64,000 bases of DNA, taken from IMG/VR virus record IMGVR_UViG_3300046514_000361; one strand, written 5' to 3'. This document shows, in pieces, positions 38,186 through 47,417 of this stretch (the stretch's first letter is position 1; every line of letters begins with the position of its first letter). Origin of the DNA: an uncultured virus (IMG/VR IMGVR_UViG_3300046514_000361) (lineage: Duplodnaviria > Heunggongvirae > Uroviricota > Caudoviricetes). The notes beneath the pieces were generated by a model that saw only the letters and a list, made by a program, of their open reading frames with translations, did not search any database and was not told where the DNA came from. The position numbers and the translations under genes are program-made.

Positions 38186-38457
38186 TCTCGCGGGCGAGCG
38201 TCCCGCGTCGCGTAGCCGCCGCCTTGCGCTCGTTTCGGCTCGCTTTGTTTTGTGGTCGCGTTGGGATCGGGGCCGCTGCCGTCGTCGGCGTGTTCGGTGA
38301 TGTGCTCGCCCGTCGCGGCGCGGTCGTTCTCTTCCTGCGTCGGGGTTGGTGTCTGCTTCGCAAGGTTCTCCGCAGCTTCCTTGTTCGCCTTGTCGCGCTT
38401 CGCTTTCTCTTCGGCCTGCTGCTTCTTGGCAGCTTCGTTCGTCGTCGTCTCGGTCAT
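38182..38457 (-). CDS. small head-associated protein (PTPTQEENDR motif)
   Basis: GGAG SD; coupled to portal; YATRD ending. Confidence 0.7.
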   Translation of the reverse strand: MTETTTNEAAKKQQAEEKAKRDKANKEAAENLAKQTPTPTQEENDRAATGEHITEHADDGSGPDPNATTKQSEPKRAQGGGYATRDARPRE

Positions 38458-38493
38458 TGGTCCGACTCCTGAGTTGGGGAAAACGGCGGCGGC

Positions 38494-38940
38494 TTATCGC
38501 CGCCGCCGCGCTCGTGCCTGTTCGTCTGTCGGCGATTGCTCTGTCGGCGATTGCTCGTCGGCAGCGCGGCTTCCGGTGAACGTGAAGGATTGCGTGTTGC
38601 TGCTGCCAGCAACATCGCGCACGAGCACTTGGTAGGTGCCCGCCACCCCGGTGTAGTTGAACATTGACTGCACATCGGTCGGCGACGTGAACGTCGTGGG
38701 CCGCGCTACCCCGTCGAACACGACAACCGAATCAAGTGTGAAGTTCTGACCCGTGACGCGGAGATTGACCGCAGGCAGCGGGCCGGTGGTTGGCGAGATG
38801 GACCCAATCACCGGCACCGCCGGATGAGGACCGCTATCACCCGGTTGGAACGAACTGCCATCAGGCTCGTGATCGATGACATGCTCGCCCCCGACCGTGC
38901 GGTCGTTTTCCGCTTGCGTCGGCGTTGGCTTGACGGCCAT
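38494..38940 (-). CDS. IPT/TIG Ig-like capsid decoration candidate
   Basis: PVIGSISPTTG...VTGQNF...SVVVFDG..RPTTF.SPT...SNTQSFTF. Confidence 0.7.
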   Translation of the reverse strand: MAVKPTPTQAENDRTVGGEHVIDHEPDGSSFQPGDSGPHPAVPVIGSISPTTGPLPAVNLRVTGQNFTLDSVVVFDGVARPTTFTSPTDVQSMFNYTGVAGTYQVLVRDVAGSSNTQSFTFTGSRAADEQSPTEQSPTDEQARARRRR

Positions 38941-38946
38941 TGCCGA

Positions 38947-41900
38947 TCACCAAGTAACGCTTTGCGTCCAAGCCACCGTACCCGGCCGCCTGATGACCCA
39001 ATTGATCGGCATGATGAGTCGCAGTGCGAGGCTATCGGTCTGCCACATCGACTTGGTCGGGAACGCAGGCGTGCCCGGCGAAACGCCGCCGACGATATCG
39101 GCAGGCGAGGTATCTTCGAGATGTAGGGTAGCTTGGTCGCTGATCTCGAAGCGCGGTGCTTCGCCGCCGACTGCAACGAAATCCGCCGCGTCGATTGCGA
39201 CCACCGTGCCGAGCGGCACCGTGCCCGAGTCGATGATCGGCCAGCCGCCAAGTTGGCCTCGGCTGATTTCATCGCGGAACGGGAAAGCACCGACGCCCGG
39301 CGCGGCCACGAGGCCCGCACTGTTGACCTGTTGCGGGTTCATCAGCCATGCCGGATTGCGCACGTTGCCGCGCGTGCCGGTGAGCAACGCGCCGCTCAGT
39401 TGCTTGATGTCGCCGACCAGCGCGGCGAAGCCGCCGCCCGTTGTGGCGGTGAGCGCAGTGACGCCGTTCAAGATACCGGCGGGCCGGATCACAGTCGCTG
39501 CGTTCGCGTCGAGCAGCACCGCGTCGAGTGAGACGGCGGTGTCCTCCTGAATCGCGTTGCGCAGCAAGCCTTCGATTGCAGGAATCGAGTGCTCCGAGAT
39601 TTCACGCGTCCAAGTGGTGATGACCGCCATCTTCTTCGGCGTGAGCGTCTGCGACGTGAACGCACCCTGCCGCACCGGGATGGGCGCGCCTTCGCCGACG
39701 AACGAACCAGCGATGGTCGGAGTTATCGAACGCGTTGGGATGATGATCTTCCCGTTGCGCCCGAACGTGAGCGACAGACCCATGGCCGAGAGCCGTGGGA
39801 AGATCGATTTCGGCAGCAAGAGAGCCATGAAATCGACCACGATCTGCTGGACGAGTTCGGCCGCCCAGCCGGTCACGGTCGTCATGGCGGGCGCAGTCGC
39901 GGCGCGCGTCGCCCAGTCGAGAACGGCGCGGGTCGGCTCGTCCTCGCCGTAGATGGCCTGCCGAATCTCATCGAGCGGCTTGCGTTGCAGATGCGCGAAC
40001 AACTGCACGGTGCCAGCACGCACGAGATATTCGATTGGATCGATCTTCTTTGCCGCGATGCTGAACGGCCGCACACCGTTGCCGATGCCAGTATCGGTCC
40101 CGTGCCCGGAGCCACGGCCATTGGTAACCGCGAGCGCAGTGGTGCGGCCGCCACGGGAGTCGTCCGAGGTTGCACCGAGGTGACGCTCCGATTCGACCAG
40201 CACGGTGTACGTGCGGGCCTCCGCGTCGATCTTCTCGTTCAGTTCGTCGCTGCGCTTGAGATCGTCGTCAGTGACATTCGTGTCATCGACCTTGTCGAAG
40301 TGCTGTCGCAACTCATCCTTGAGTGCAAGCAGCCGCGTTTCAGAGTCCTTGACTCGCTGAGCAAGCGACATCGTCGTGCCCTTTCCATTGATCGATATCC
40401 TTCTGGCTTGCCCGCCGGTTGATCCACGACGTCGTGTCATCGCGTCTTTTCTGCCTTGCCCGGCAAAGACGAGATCGAGCGTCGCGGGAGAAATCTTCAG
40501 AGACTTGGCGACTTGCAGCGCGTTGGGATTCGCCGGGACCGCCACGAGCGAAGTTTCGAGCAACTCCTGCTTCGTGAAGCGGAAGCCAACGGCTTTCCCT
40601 TCGCTGTCGTTGAGCGGTTCGTAATCGCTTGGCCGGAAGCCGACCGACACGGCACGCAGAATGCCTGCCTCGATCAGCCGACGAATTTCATCGATCCGAG
40701 GCGAGGTGCCTTCGGGCGCGAGCACGAGGTGGCCGCGCAACGTGTTTTTCTCGACGCGCAGATTGCGCCACTTGCCTATGGGAAAATCGGTGCGATGGTT
40801 GAAGAGCGCGATGGGGTTTTTCGTGAAGTTCGCGATATCCCACCCCGTCGCCGAGATAACATCGCCCATCCTGTCAACCGATTCATCGGAGAGGATAAAC
40901 TCCATGCCATTGACCGGCTCGACGTGCGTCTTGAACACGCGACCAGATGGCGGCGCACTCTTGCGGGTCGCTGGCTCGGCGTGCCGCTCGTCCCACACCA
41001 TCTGGCACTGCTCGGCCGCCGCATCCGGGTCCATGTCGCCGTCATCGGTCAGTTCGTCGGTGCAGCGATCCATGAAGTCGTCGTAGGTTTCGTCGTCGTC
41101 AGGCGGATCGACGTCCTCGGCCTGCTTGACGGTCTTTGCCTTGTCCTTGTCGCGCCAGATCGTGAGACAGGCGGCGACCGCCTGATCCTGCGGGCGCTTA
41201 TCCGCACCGGTGCCGACCATTTCCGGCACGCAGCGGCCCATGAACGCCTGTTGGGTTTCGTCCTTGTGCGGAGAGATCGGCATGGCTAGCTCCATTGCGC
41301 GGATAAACTCGCCGAGCACTTGCGCGGCGCTTTTGGACTCGCTTGCTGGCTTTTTGCCTTTGCCGCCGGTGAACTTTTCGGCGGCTGCGATCAGCTTGGT
41401 GATTGAAATGTTGACGCGAGCGATCTTGACGTTTTTGTCGTCGTGCAAATTGTTGTCCTGGGCGTCGATGCCTAGCTGGCCAGCCCAGGTGTGATGGCCA
41501 TCAAGGATGTAGTCGTCTTTCGAAATGACGAGGCGCTTGTAGAAACCGTCTTTCTTGATGCGCGCCATCTGCGTCGCAACTTTTGCGCCGCTGATCTCGG
41601 ACTGGGTCGCGCGCAGATTGGCAGCGCGCTCGTGCCCCTTCTCGACCTCGTACCCCTGGCCTTTAAGGTACTTGATGAATTCCTTGGTTTGCTTCGCCGG
41701 GATAACCGGCATCTCGACACGCGGAATGCCCTTGGTGTCGGCGCAGAACAGATTTGTCCCTGGCACACTCACGTTGCACAGGTTGAACACCGGCGCAGTC
41801 TCGCCTTGCGCCGCCATCTCGGCGGCGGTTTCACCGAGGCGCTTGATCAGCGTCGAGACTTGCTTGACCTGGGCGAGTTCGACCTTGCGGTCCTCGAACA

Positions 41901-42342
41901 GGGCGCGCTGCGCGTCGTAGACGTTGGACGTGTGGATTACGCCGTCCTTGACGTAGGCCGAGGCGGAATATCCAGGCCCCGGATGCTCGCGCTTGCCGCC
42001 ATCGCTCGGCTTGTCGCCGCCGGTGCTGCCGCCACCGCCGCCGCCCCCACCGCCATCGGTCCACTTGCCGCTTTCGTCGCGCGGGTGCTTGTCCTCTTCG
42101 TACTCACGAGCGGCGCGAGAGTCTGCCGCACTCTTTTTTGAGGTGCCGCCGCCGAGCAGCAACGCGTCGAGATCGGCATCGGACAAGCCGAGCCGCTTGC
42201 CGACGCTGCGGCCCACGCCTTCGGCTGCTTGGTGATCGCCCTGATCGAGGATCGACTGATGTAATTCGGCATCTTCGGCGCGATGGTTGCGCCAGAAGAA
42301 AAGCTCACGCGGGCTTTGCTTTTGCTTTCCCGACGTAGGCAT
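38947..42342 (-). CDS. fusion of ParB-like cargo domain, HK97 prohead protease and major capsid protein
   Basis: LRATQSE...ISKDDYILDGHH; SDESVDRMGDVI, NPIALFNH, AVSVGF, LLETSLVAVPAN; FVGEGAPIPV, LTPKK. Confidence 0.9.
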   Translation of the reverse strand: MPTSGKQKQSPRELFFWRNHRAEDAELHQSILDQGDHQAAEGVGRSVGKRLGLSDADLDALLLGGGTSKKSAADSRAAREYEEDKHPRDESGKWTDGGGGGGGGGSTGGDKPSDGGKREHPGPGYSASAYVKDGVIHTSNVYDAQRALFEDRKVELAQVKQVSTLIKRLGETAAEMAAQGETAPVFNLCNVSVPGTNLFCADTKGIPRVEMPVIPAKQTKEFIKYLKGQGYEVEKGHERAANLRATQSEISGAKVATQMARIKKDGFYKRLVISKDDYILDGHHTWAGQLGIDAQDNNLHDDKNVKIARVNISITKLIAAAEKFTGGKGKKPASESKSAAQVLGEFIRAMELAMPISPHKDETQQAFMGRCVPEMVGTGADKRPQDQAVAACLTIWRDKDKAKTVKQAEDVDPPDDDETYDDFMDRCTDELTDDGDMDPDAAAEQCQMVWDERHAEPATRKSAPPSGRVFKTHVEPVNGMEFILSDESVDRMGDVISATGWDIANFTKNPIALFNHRTDFPIGKWRNLRVEKNTLRGHLVLAPEGTSPRIDEIRRLIEAGILRAVSVGFRPSDYEPLNDSEGKAVGFRFTKQELLETSLVAVPANPNALQVAKSLKISPATLDLVFAGQGRKDAMTRRRGSTGGQARRISINGKGTTMSLAQRVKDSETRLLALKDELRQHFDKVDDTNVTDDDLKRSDELNEKIDAEARTYTVLVESERHLGATSDDSRGGRTTALAVTNGRGSGHGTDTGIGNGVRPFSIAAKKIDPIEYLVRAGTVQLFAHLQRKPLDEIRQAIYGEDEPTRAVLDWATRAATAPAMTTVTGWAAELVQQIVVDFMALLLPKSIFPRLSAMGLSLTFGRNGKIIIPTRSITPTIAGSFVGEGAPIPVRQGAFTSQTLTPKKMAVITTWTREISEHSIPAIEGLLRNAIQEDTAVSLDAVLLDANAATVIRPAGILNGVTALTATTGGGFAALVGDIKQLSGALLTGTRGNVRNPAWLMNPQQVNSAGLVAAPGVGAFPFRDEISRGQLGGWPIIDSGTVPLGTVVAIDAADFVAVGGEAPRFEISDQATLHLEDTSPADIVGGVSPGTPAFPTKSMWQTDSLALRLIMPINWVIRRPGTVAWTQSVTW

Positions 42343-43936
42343 TAAACCGATCCATCGTTTCCTTGTCCTTCAGGTTGAGCGCGCCATACCAATCGGTGCC
42401 GAGCAGGAGTTTTTTGCCGTACTTCGAATCCGCAATGGCCCAAAGAGCTTTTGGGTCGTTGCTTTGTGTCAGCTTGCGCAGCCGTTCAGCGTCGTCCGCG
42501 CTCATCTCCCCGGTGCCTTCAACGCCGCCGCTTACCGTGAGGAAATCCGACGCGTTGTCCTCAGCCCATCGGTATTTTTCGCGGTCGTCCATCTGGTCCC
42601 AGTATTCGCCCTGGTATTCCTCGACGCTGTCACTCAGATAATCCGGCGGTTCGATGTCGTCGGCCTTGTGCTCCGCTTCACGGTCGAACGCCTTGTCGAT
42701 CACACTCGTCAGCCCGTCGCGCATCTCAGGGGTCAACCGCTCGTGCGGCGCGACCGGTGGAATGCCCGGCAATGTTTCCTGCGCTGGATCGTGACCTGTC
42801 GGGTTCGTCAGCTTGTGATCGACAAACTGAACTTCAAGGTCGCCCCTGCCATCGCCGCCACCGGTGTCGTAGTTGAGCGAAACCGCATTCAGAATCTGCT
42901 CATCGGTAAATGGAATTTCAGATTGGCCCTGCTCCTCGCGGCTCTTGCGATAACCCGCGATGGCGTGCTCGGCCCAATCCATGGTGCCGCCCTTGTTGAA
43001 GTCTTCCGCGACGGCCGCCTTGGCGTCATCGAGGGGCTGGCCGCCATCGCGCCAATTATTGATCTCGCTATCCAAAAATTCGCTGCGCGTGCTGCGCATC
43101 CAGGCGCCTTCAATTTTCGACTGGTTGCTGCTCGGCAGATCGTCCCAGCTACCTGCAGCATCGCCGCTTCCGCCGCCACTGCTAAGCTTGTCGATCTCGT
43201 AATCCAGGTCACCGCGCAGGTTAGGCCAAGAACCGCGCTCGGGTACGTAGCCGTATTTTGCCCACGCGTAGCCGCCGACGTCGATGTCGGCGTGGACCTG
43301 CACCTTGTCGAGGCCAAGCTTCTGGTACATCGCAATGTTCGCTGCGAGCACTGTCTTGCCAATGCCCGCGCTCTGCGAACTGTCGTCCAACTTGAAATAT
43401 TCGCTGATCGCTTTCTTTTGGGCGAAATCAATCGTGCGGGTGTACTCGCCAATCCCGTCGCCATTGGCATCCTTGAGAGTCCCGGCAACAACGAATTTGT
43501 CGTCGCCCTCTTCGTAGCGGATTCCCATCGAGGCATTGATGCCGCCAAGGAATTCCTTGCGAAACTCGGCAGGCGCTTCCGCGATACGCGAATTCCACAC
43601 ATCGACAAATTTCTTCTGCTTGTCGGGATTTGACTGCGTCCCCGGATCGAGCCTGATTTCGTCTTTCGCAAAGTCGGCAATCTCGATTTTCTTCTTCTCG
43701 CCGCCAGCCTCGCTTCCACCCGGCGCAGCAGGCTTTGCTTCGGCTGCGGGCTTGTCGGTGCCAGTGCTGCTGCTGCCGCCACCGCCGCCCCCACCGCCAT
43801 CGGTCCACTTGCCGCTTTCGTCGCGCGGATGCTTCGACTCGTCGTACTCGCGCAGCCGCGCGAGCGACTGCGCCTTGAGCGCCAGGAAGCGGGCGCGCCG
43901 CAGTGACTGATCAGAATCGCGCGCCAGTGCTTCCAT
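42305..43936 (-). CDS. putative virion-internal protein with GNAT-like domain
   Basis: YDESKHPRDESGKWTDGG; QSAGIGK.VL...YQKLG...HADIDVGGYAWAKYGY. Confidence 0.7.
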   Translation of the reverse strand: MEALARDSDQSLRRARFLALKAQSLARLREYDESKHPRDESGKWTDGGGGGGGGSSSTGTDKPAAEAKPAAPGGSEAGGEKKKIEIADFAKDEIRLDPGTQSNPDKQKKFVDVWNSRIAEAPAEFRKEFLGGINASMGIRYEEGDDKFVVAGTLKDANGDGIGEYTRTIDFAQKKAISEYFKLDDSSQSAGIGKTVLAANIAMYQKLGLDKVQVHADIDVGGYAWAKYGYVPERGSWPNLRGDLDYEIDKLSSGGGSGDAAGSWDDLPSSNQSKIEGAWMRSTRSEFLDSEINNWRDGGQPLDDAKAAVAEDFNKGGTMDWAEHAIAGYRKSREEQGQSEIPFTDEQILNAVSLNYDTGGGDGRGDLEVQFVDHKLTNPTGHDPAQETLPGIPPVAPHERLTPEMRDGLTSVIDKAFDREAEHKADDIEPPDYLSDSVEEYQGEYWDQMDDREKYRWAEDNASDFLTVSGGVEGTGEMSADDAERLRKLTQSNDPKALWAIADSKYGKKLLLGTDWYGALNLKDKETMDRFNAYVGKAKAKPA

Positions 43937-43990
43937 GACCGGTAGGACTCCGTGCTATGATGGCTAAAACCACGTTGGAGGGATCAGCCG

Positions 43991-44377
43991 ATGGACCGCG
44001 CGAAGTTGACCGACCTGAAGGAGCGGATCGCGATGCTGTCAGTCGTGTTCACGCCCGAAGAGCGCCGCTTCGTGCTCGACTGCATCAACGCAACGGTGAA
44101 CGCCGAGTCGCGCCTGGGCGTGGTCGAGATGCATGCGCCGCCGAACTACCTCGGCCGGATTGAGACGCTATGGGCTGCGTTCTCGCTCGATGAAGGCGGC
44201 GAGGGCCTCTGTGCTGCACCGTTCGGCCAGAACATGACGCTGCCGTTGATCGCCGCCGATGCCGCCCGGCTCAAGAACATCATCCCGATTGCGAAGCGCA
44301 TCGCGACCATGTTCGGCAAGCCGGTGCGGCTCGCCAAGTTCACCAAGCGCGAGGACGTGGAGATTTATCAGCCGTGA
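43991..44377 (+). CDS. moron-like hypothetical protein, opposite strand to the late operon
   Basis: GGAGG SD; TGcTATGAT extended -10 at 43953-43961. Confidence 0.65.
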   Translation: MDRAKLTDLKERIAMLSVVFTPEERRFVLDCINATVNAESRLGVVEMHAPPNYLGRIETLWAAFSLDEGGEGLCAAPFGQNMTLPLIAADAARLKNIIPIAKRIATMFGKPVRLAKFTKREDVEIYQP

Positions 44378-44925
44378 CGCCGCCGATTGATTTGATGCAG
44401 CGGATCGGTCGGAAATCCATTCTTATCGACGCCACGCTTGGCGATGCCAGGATCATTGTCCCGCTCCCGCTTTAGCCACTGATCGACAAGTGTCATGTGC
44501 TCTACGCGAACCGACACGCGGTCTGGATCGCGCATGATCCGGTGGCGCAGCTTGTCGCGCGGCGGCACGAGCAGGATCAGATCGCCGGTCGCAACGTTGA
44601 GAGCTTGACGCCACCACGCGCGTAAGCGAGCCGATGGTGCGTTGATGACCACCCACGCGATGCGCTCGGGCGGTTCGTCAGCCAAAGCGGCGAGACGTCT
44701 GTTGCGCTCTAACAGAAGTGGTCTCACAGCAGTTGGTGGCCGGTCGCGCCCGTACCCGCGCTCGCGCGCGATCAGGTCGAGATCGATGACGATGTCGGTG
44801 CTTGCCGCGCGCTTCTTGACGTATGTGGACTTGCCTGCCGCTGGCGGCCCGCAAACCAAGATCACGCGGCAGTTCGGTTTCGGCAGATCGGGCCGCGCGA
44901 TGTCGCCGAGATCAGGCCAGAGCAC
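44368..44925 (-). CDS. small P-loop NTPase (AAA_33-like)
   Basis: VILVCGPPAAGKSTYV...DIVIDLD. Confidence 0.75.
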   Translation of the reverse strand: MLWPDLGDIARPDLPKPNCRVILVCGPPAAGKSTYVKKRAASTDIVIDLDLIARERGYGRDRPPTAVRPLLLERNRRLAALADEPPERIAWVVINAPSARLRAWWRQALNVATGDLILLVPPRDKLRHRIMRDPDRVSVRVEHMTLVDQWLKRERDNDPGIAKRGVDKNGFPTDPLHQINRRRHG

Positions 44926-44928
44926 GAC

Positions 44929-45597
44929 TCACTCGGGCAATGGCACCGTCACGTTGTTGATGGTCACGACCACGTTGCCGCTGACCTGAATGTCAACGCG
45001 ACCGGGTGGCTGCACCGGCGGCGGCCGTTCCGGTCGCGGCGGCCGTTCCTCGCCCGGCGGCGGCTGTTCGACTTCCTCCGCGCCGCCCAGCACGCCCGCG
45101 ATGGCTTCGCAGATCGCATCGAAGTTTTCGCGATAGACCTCGGCATCGGCGGTCGAGTCCACGAAGCATGTCTCGATCAAGATGCTGGGCATCTCCGTCG
45201 AGTTCAAAAAATAGAGGTCGGTTCTTTTTTTTGCACCACGGTCGATGAACCCGCAGTCGGCGATGGCGCTGGAGATTTCACCGGAGAGCGCGCCCTGCGT
45301 GACATAGAGGCATTCGACGCCCATCGGATTCGTCGTCTCGACGTAGGCGTTGAAATGCACCGACACGTCGAGGTCGCGCATCTCCGCGTTGTGGTGATCC
45401 ACGATGGTGTGCAGGTTCGTGTTCTGGTCGTGGCTCGTGTTGTCGTGGAAGACGTCCACCCAGATGCCTCGGTCGCGCAGCTTGTCGGCGACGCGCTCGA
45501 CCACCTTGCGCGCCTCGTCCACCTCGTCCAGCACGCCGCTGGCGCCGCGAATATATTTGCCATGGCCCGACGAAATGCAGATTCGATTGTAGGTCAT
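44929..45597 (-). CDS. N-acetylmuramoyl-L-alanine amidase (Amidase_3) endolysin
   Basis: ISSGHG...DE...VSVHFNA...GVE...LYFL...PSILIETCFVD. Confidence 0.92.
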   Translation of the reverse strand: MTYNRICISSGHGKYIRGASGVLDEVDEARKVVERVADKLRDRGIWVDVFHDNTSHDQNTNLHTIVDHHNAEMRDLDVSVHFNAYVETTNPMGVECLYVTQGALSGEISSAIADCGFIDRGAKKRTDLYFLNSTEMPSILIETCFVDSTADAEVYRENFDAICEAIAGVLGGAEEVEQPPPGEERPPRPERPPPVQPPGRVDIQVSGNVVVTINNVTVPLPE

Positions 45598-45618
45598 GAA
45601 CCTCGCTCCAATGTTGGA

Positions 45619-45813
45619 TCAGCTTTCGCCCTTACGCGCACACGCTGGGCACGCGTGCTCGTAATCGCTCCAGCCGTGCTTGTAGGCACGCCAGCCGAGG
45701 GCACGCGCTTCCGCCCATGCGGCGGCGAACTCCCGCTGATCGTGCGGCTCGTATGTCTCGGGACACTCATCGCACGAGAACGCGATCACGCCCTTGATGG
45801 TGTGCGACGTCAT
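45619..45813 (-). CDS. small Zn-finger protein
   Basis: CDEC...GW...CPAC; ATGA overlap with terL stop. Confidence 0.6.
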   Translation of the reverse strand: MTSHTIKGVIAFSCDECPETYEPHDQREFAAAWAEARALGWRAYKHGWSDYEHACPACARKGES

Positions 45814-47417
45814 GCGATCAGCGTGTCGATGTCGATCTGCTTCGTCTTGCGATCCCGCGAACGCAGACCCATCACCATCGAGAGGGCCACCGCGCCGTCG
45901 ATGCGGAAGCGGGCTTTTTCTTTGTCGAGCTTGCGGTTGCCCGCCGGGTCGAGGACGGCGACGGCGTTCGCCATATTCCAATTGAGGACTGGATTGTTCG
46001 GATGGATGAGCGACCGCTCAAGGATGCCGAGTTCGAGCGCATCAATTGCCGGAGCCATGTCCTTGAAGCCCTGGCCCCACGGCACAAGACGCAATCCATC
46101 GCCGCCCTTCTCCCCATCTTCATAGGCTTGCAGCCCAATCCGGTCGAACTCACGCAGGAGATCGTTGATGCGCCATCGGTCGTAGGCCAGCCCGCGCACC
46201 TTGTAGGTCTTTGTGAGATCGCCGACGAACATCGCGATGGTTTCCGGGTCGATGCTCTTGCCTGGGCTTGTGAGAAGATGCCCGGCCGCGACCCACTCAC
46301 GATAGCGATGCGTGCCGGTGCCGAAGTCGCGGCCTGAATGCTCGATCAGGAGATCGAGCGGCTTCCAAAAGAACGGCCGGACGCGCGCTGGTTCGTCCGC
46401 CGACGCCATGACCAGCGCGGTGAGATCGGCAACGCTGGAAAGATCGAGCGCAAGGTAGACTTCCTCGCCATCGATGAACTCGGCCTTCCCCGCGCAAGCC
46501 ATCCACTCGGCGCGCGAGATCAGCGATGCCACCGGGGCAACACGCTGGTTCAAGAACAGATTGCGCACCTTTGGTTCTTCCGCTGGCATGCGCATCGCCT
46601 TGGCGACGGCCGCGACCAAATCCTCGCGGTCGCGGAATTTTCCGAGGGCAGGGTTTGCTTTCTTCCACTGCTTCTCGTCGTCCAGTTCGCAATCTTCGTC
46701 GGCCGCGTAGAGATGGCAGACGATGGTCGGATCGATGCCCGCCAAGCCGTCATCGATCAACTTCGACAGGATGTGCTCGGGATCGTTCGACTGCGTCGAG
46801 ATGACGACGAACAGCGGCTCGGTGCGTGCGCCGAACGATGTGTCGAGTACGTCGTAGAGATCGCGGTTCTTCGCCTGCGCCAGTTCGTCGTAGATCACGA
46901 CGCTCGGCATGTAGCCGTGCTTGGTCCCGGCCTCGGCCGACACCGCGCGATAGATCGAGCCGGTGGGAAGCCCGATCATCGTCTTTGTTGACGGGACGAT
47001 CTCGATCTTGGCGCGTAGCTCAGGCTCGTATTCGACAATCTGCTTTGCGAACTTGAACACGATGCTGGCTTGGTCGCGGTCGTTCGCGGCCGAGTAGATT
47101 TCGCCGTTGGGGATCGCCTCGGGACCGACGAGGTTCGCGAGCGCGATGCACGCGATTAGAGCGGTCTTCCCATTTTTTCTCGCGACTGACAGGATCGCCC
47201 TCCGCACCACGCGCTTTCTGCGCCGGTGCGGCTCATAGATGTCGCGGATAAAATCGCGTTCCCACTCGTCAAGCTTGAACGGCTTGCCCTGGCCGATGCC
47301 GCTCGGGATCGTCAGCTTCTCGATGAAGTCGATGACGTCTTGAGCGCGATCTCGGTCGCGGGTTATGCGCCCCTTAGCCGATGAGGCCGCTGAACTTGCC
47401 GCCACCGTCGTCGCCAT
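45810..47417 (-). CDS. terL: terminase large subunit
   Basis: VARKNGKT Walker A; VVIYDE Walker B; ISTQ; LDLS; RIDGAVA. Confidence 0.95.
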   Translation of the reverse strand: MATTVAASSAASSAKGRITRDRDRAQDVIDFIEKLTIPSGIGQGKPFKLDEWERDFIRDIYEPHRRRKRVVRRAILSVARKNGKTALIACIALANLVGPEAIPNGEIYSAANDRDQASIVFKFAKQIVEYEPELRAKIEIVPSTKTMIGLPTGSIYRAVSAEAGTKHGYMPSVVIYDELAQAKNRDLYDVLDTSFGARTEPLFVVISTQSNDPEHILSKLIDDGLAGIDPTIVCHLYAADEDCELDDEKQWKKANPALGKFRDREDLVAAVAKAMRMPAEEPKVRNLFLNQRVAPVASLISRAEWMACAGKAEFIDGEEVYLALDLSSVADLTALVMASADEPARVRPFFWKPLDLLIEHSGRDFGTGTHRYREWVAAGHLLTSPGKSIDPETIAMFVGDLTKTYKVRGLAYDRWRINDLLREFDRIGLQAYEDGEKGGDGLRLVPWGQGFKDMAPAIDALELGILERSLIHPNNPVLNWNMANAVAVLDPAGNRKLDKEKARFRIDGAVALSMVMGLRSRDRKTKQIDIDTLIA

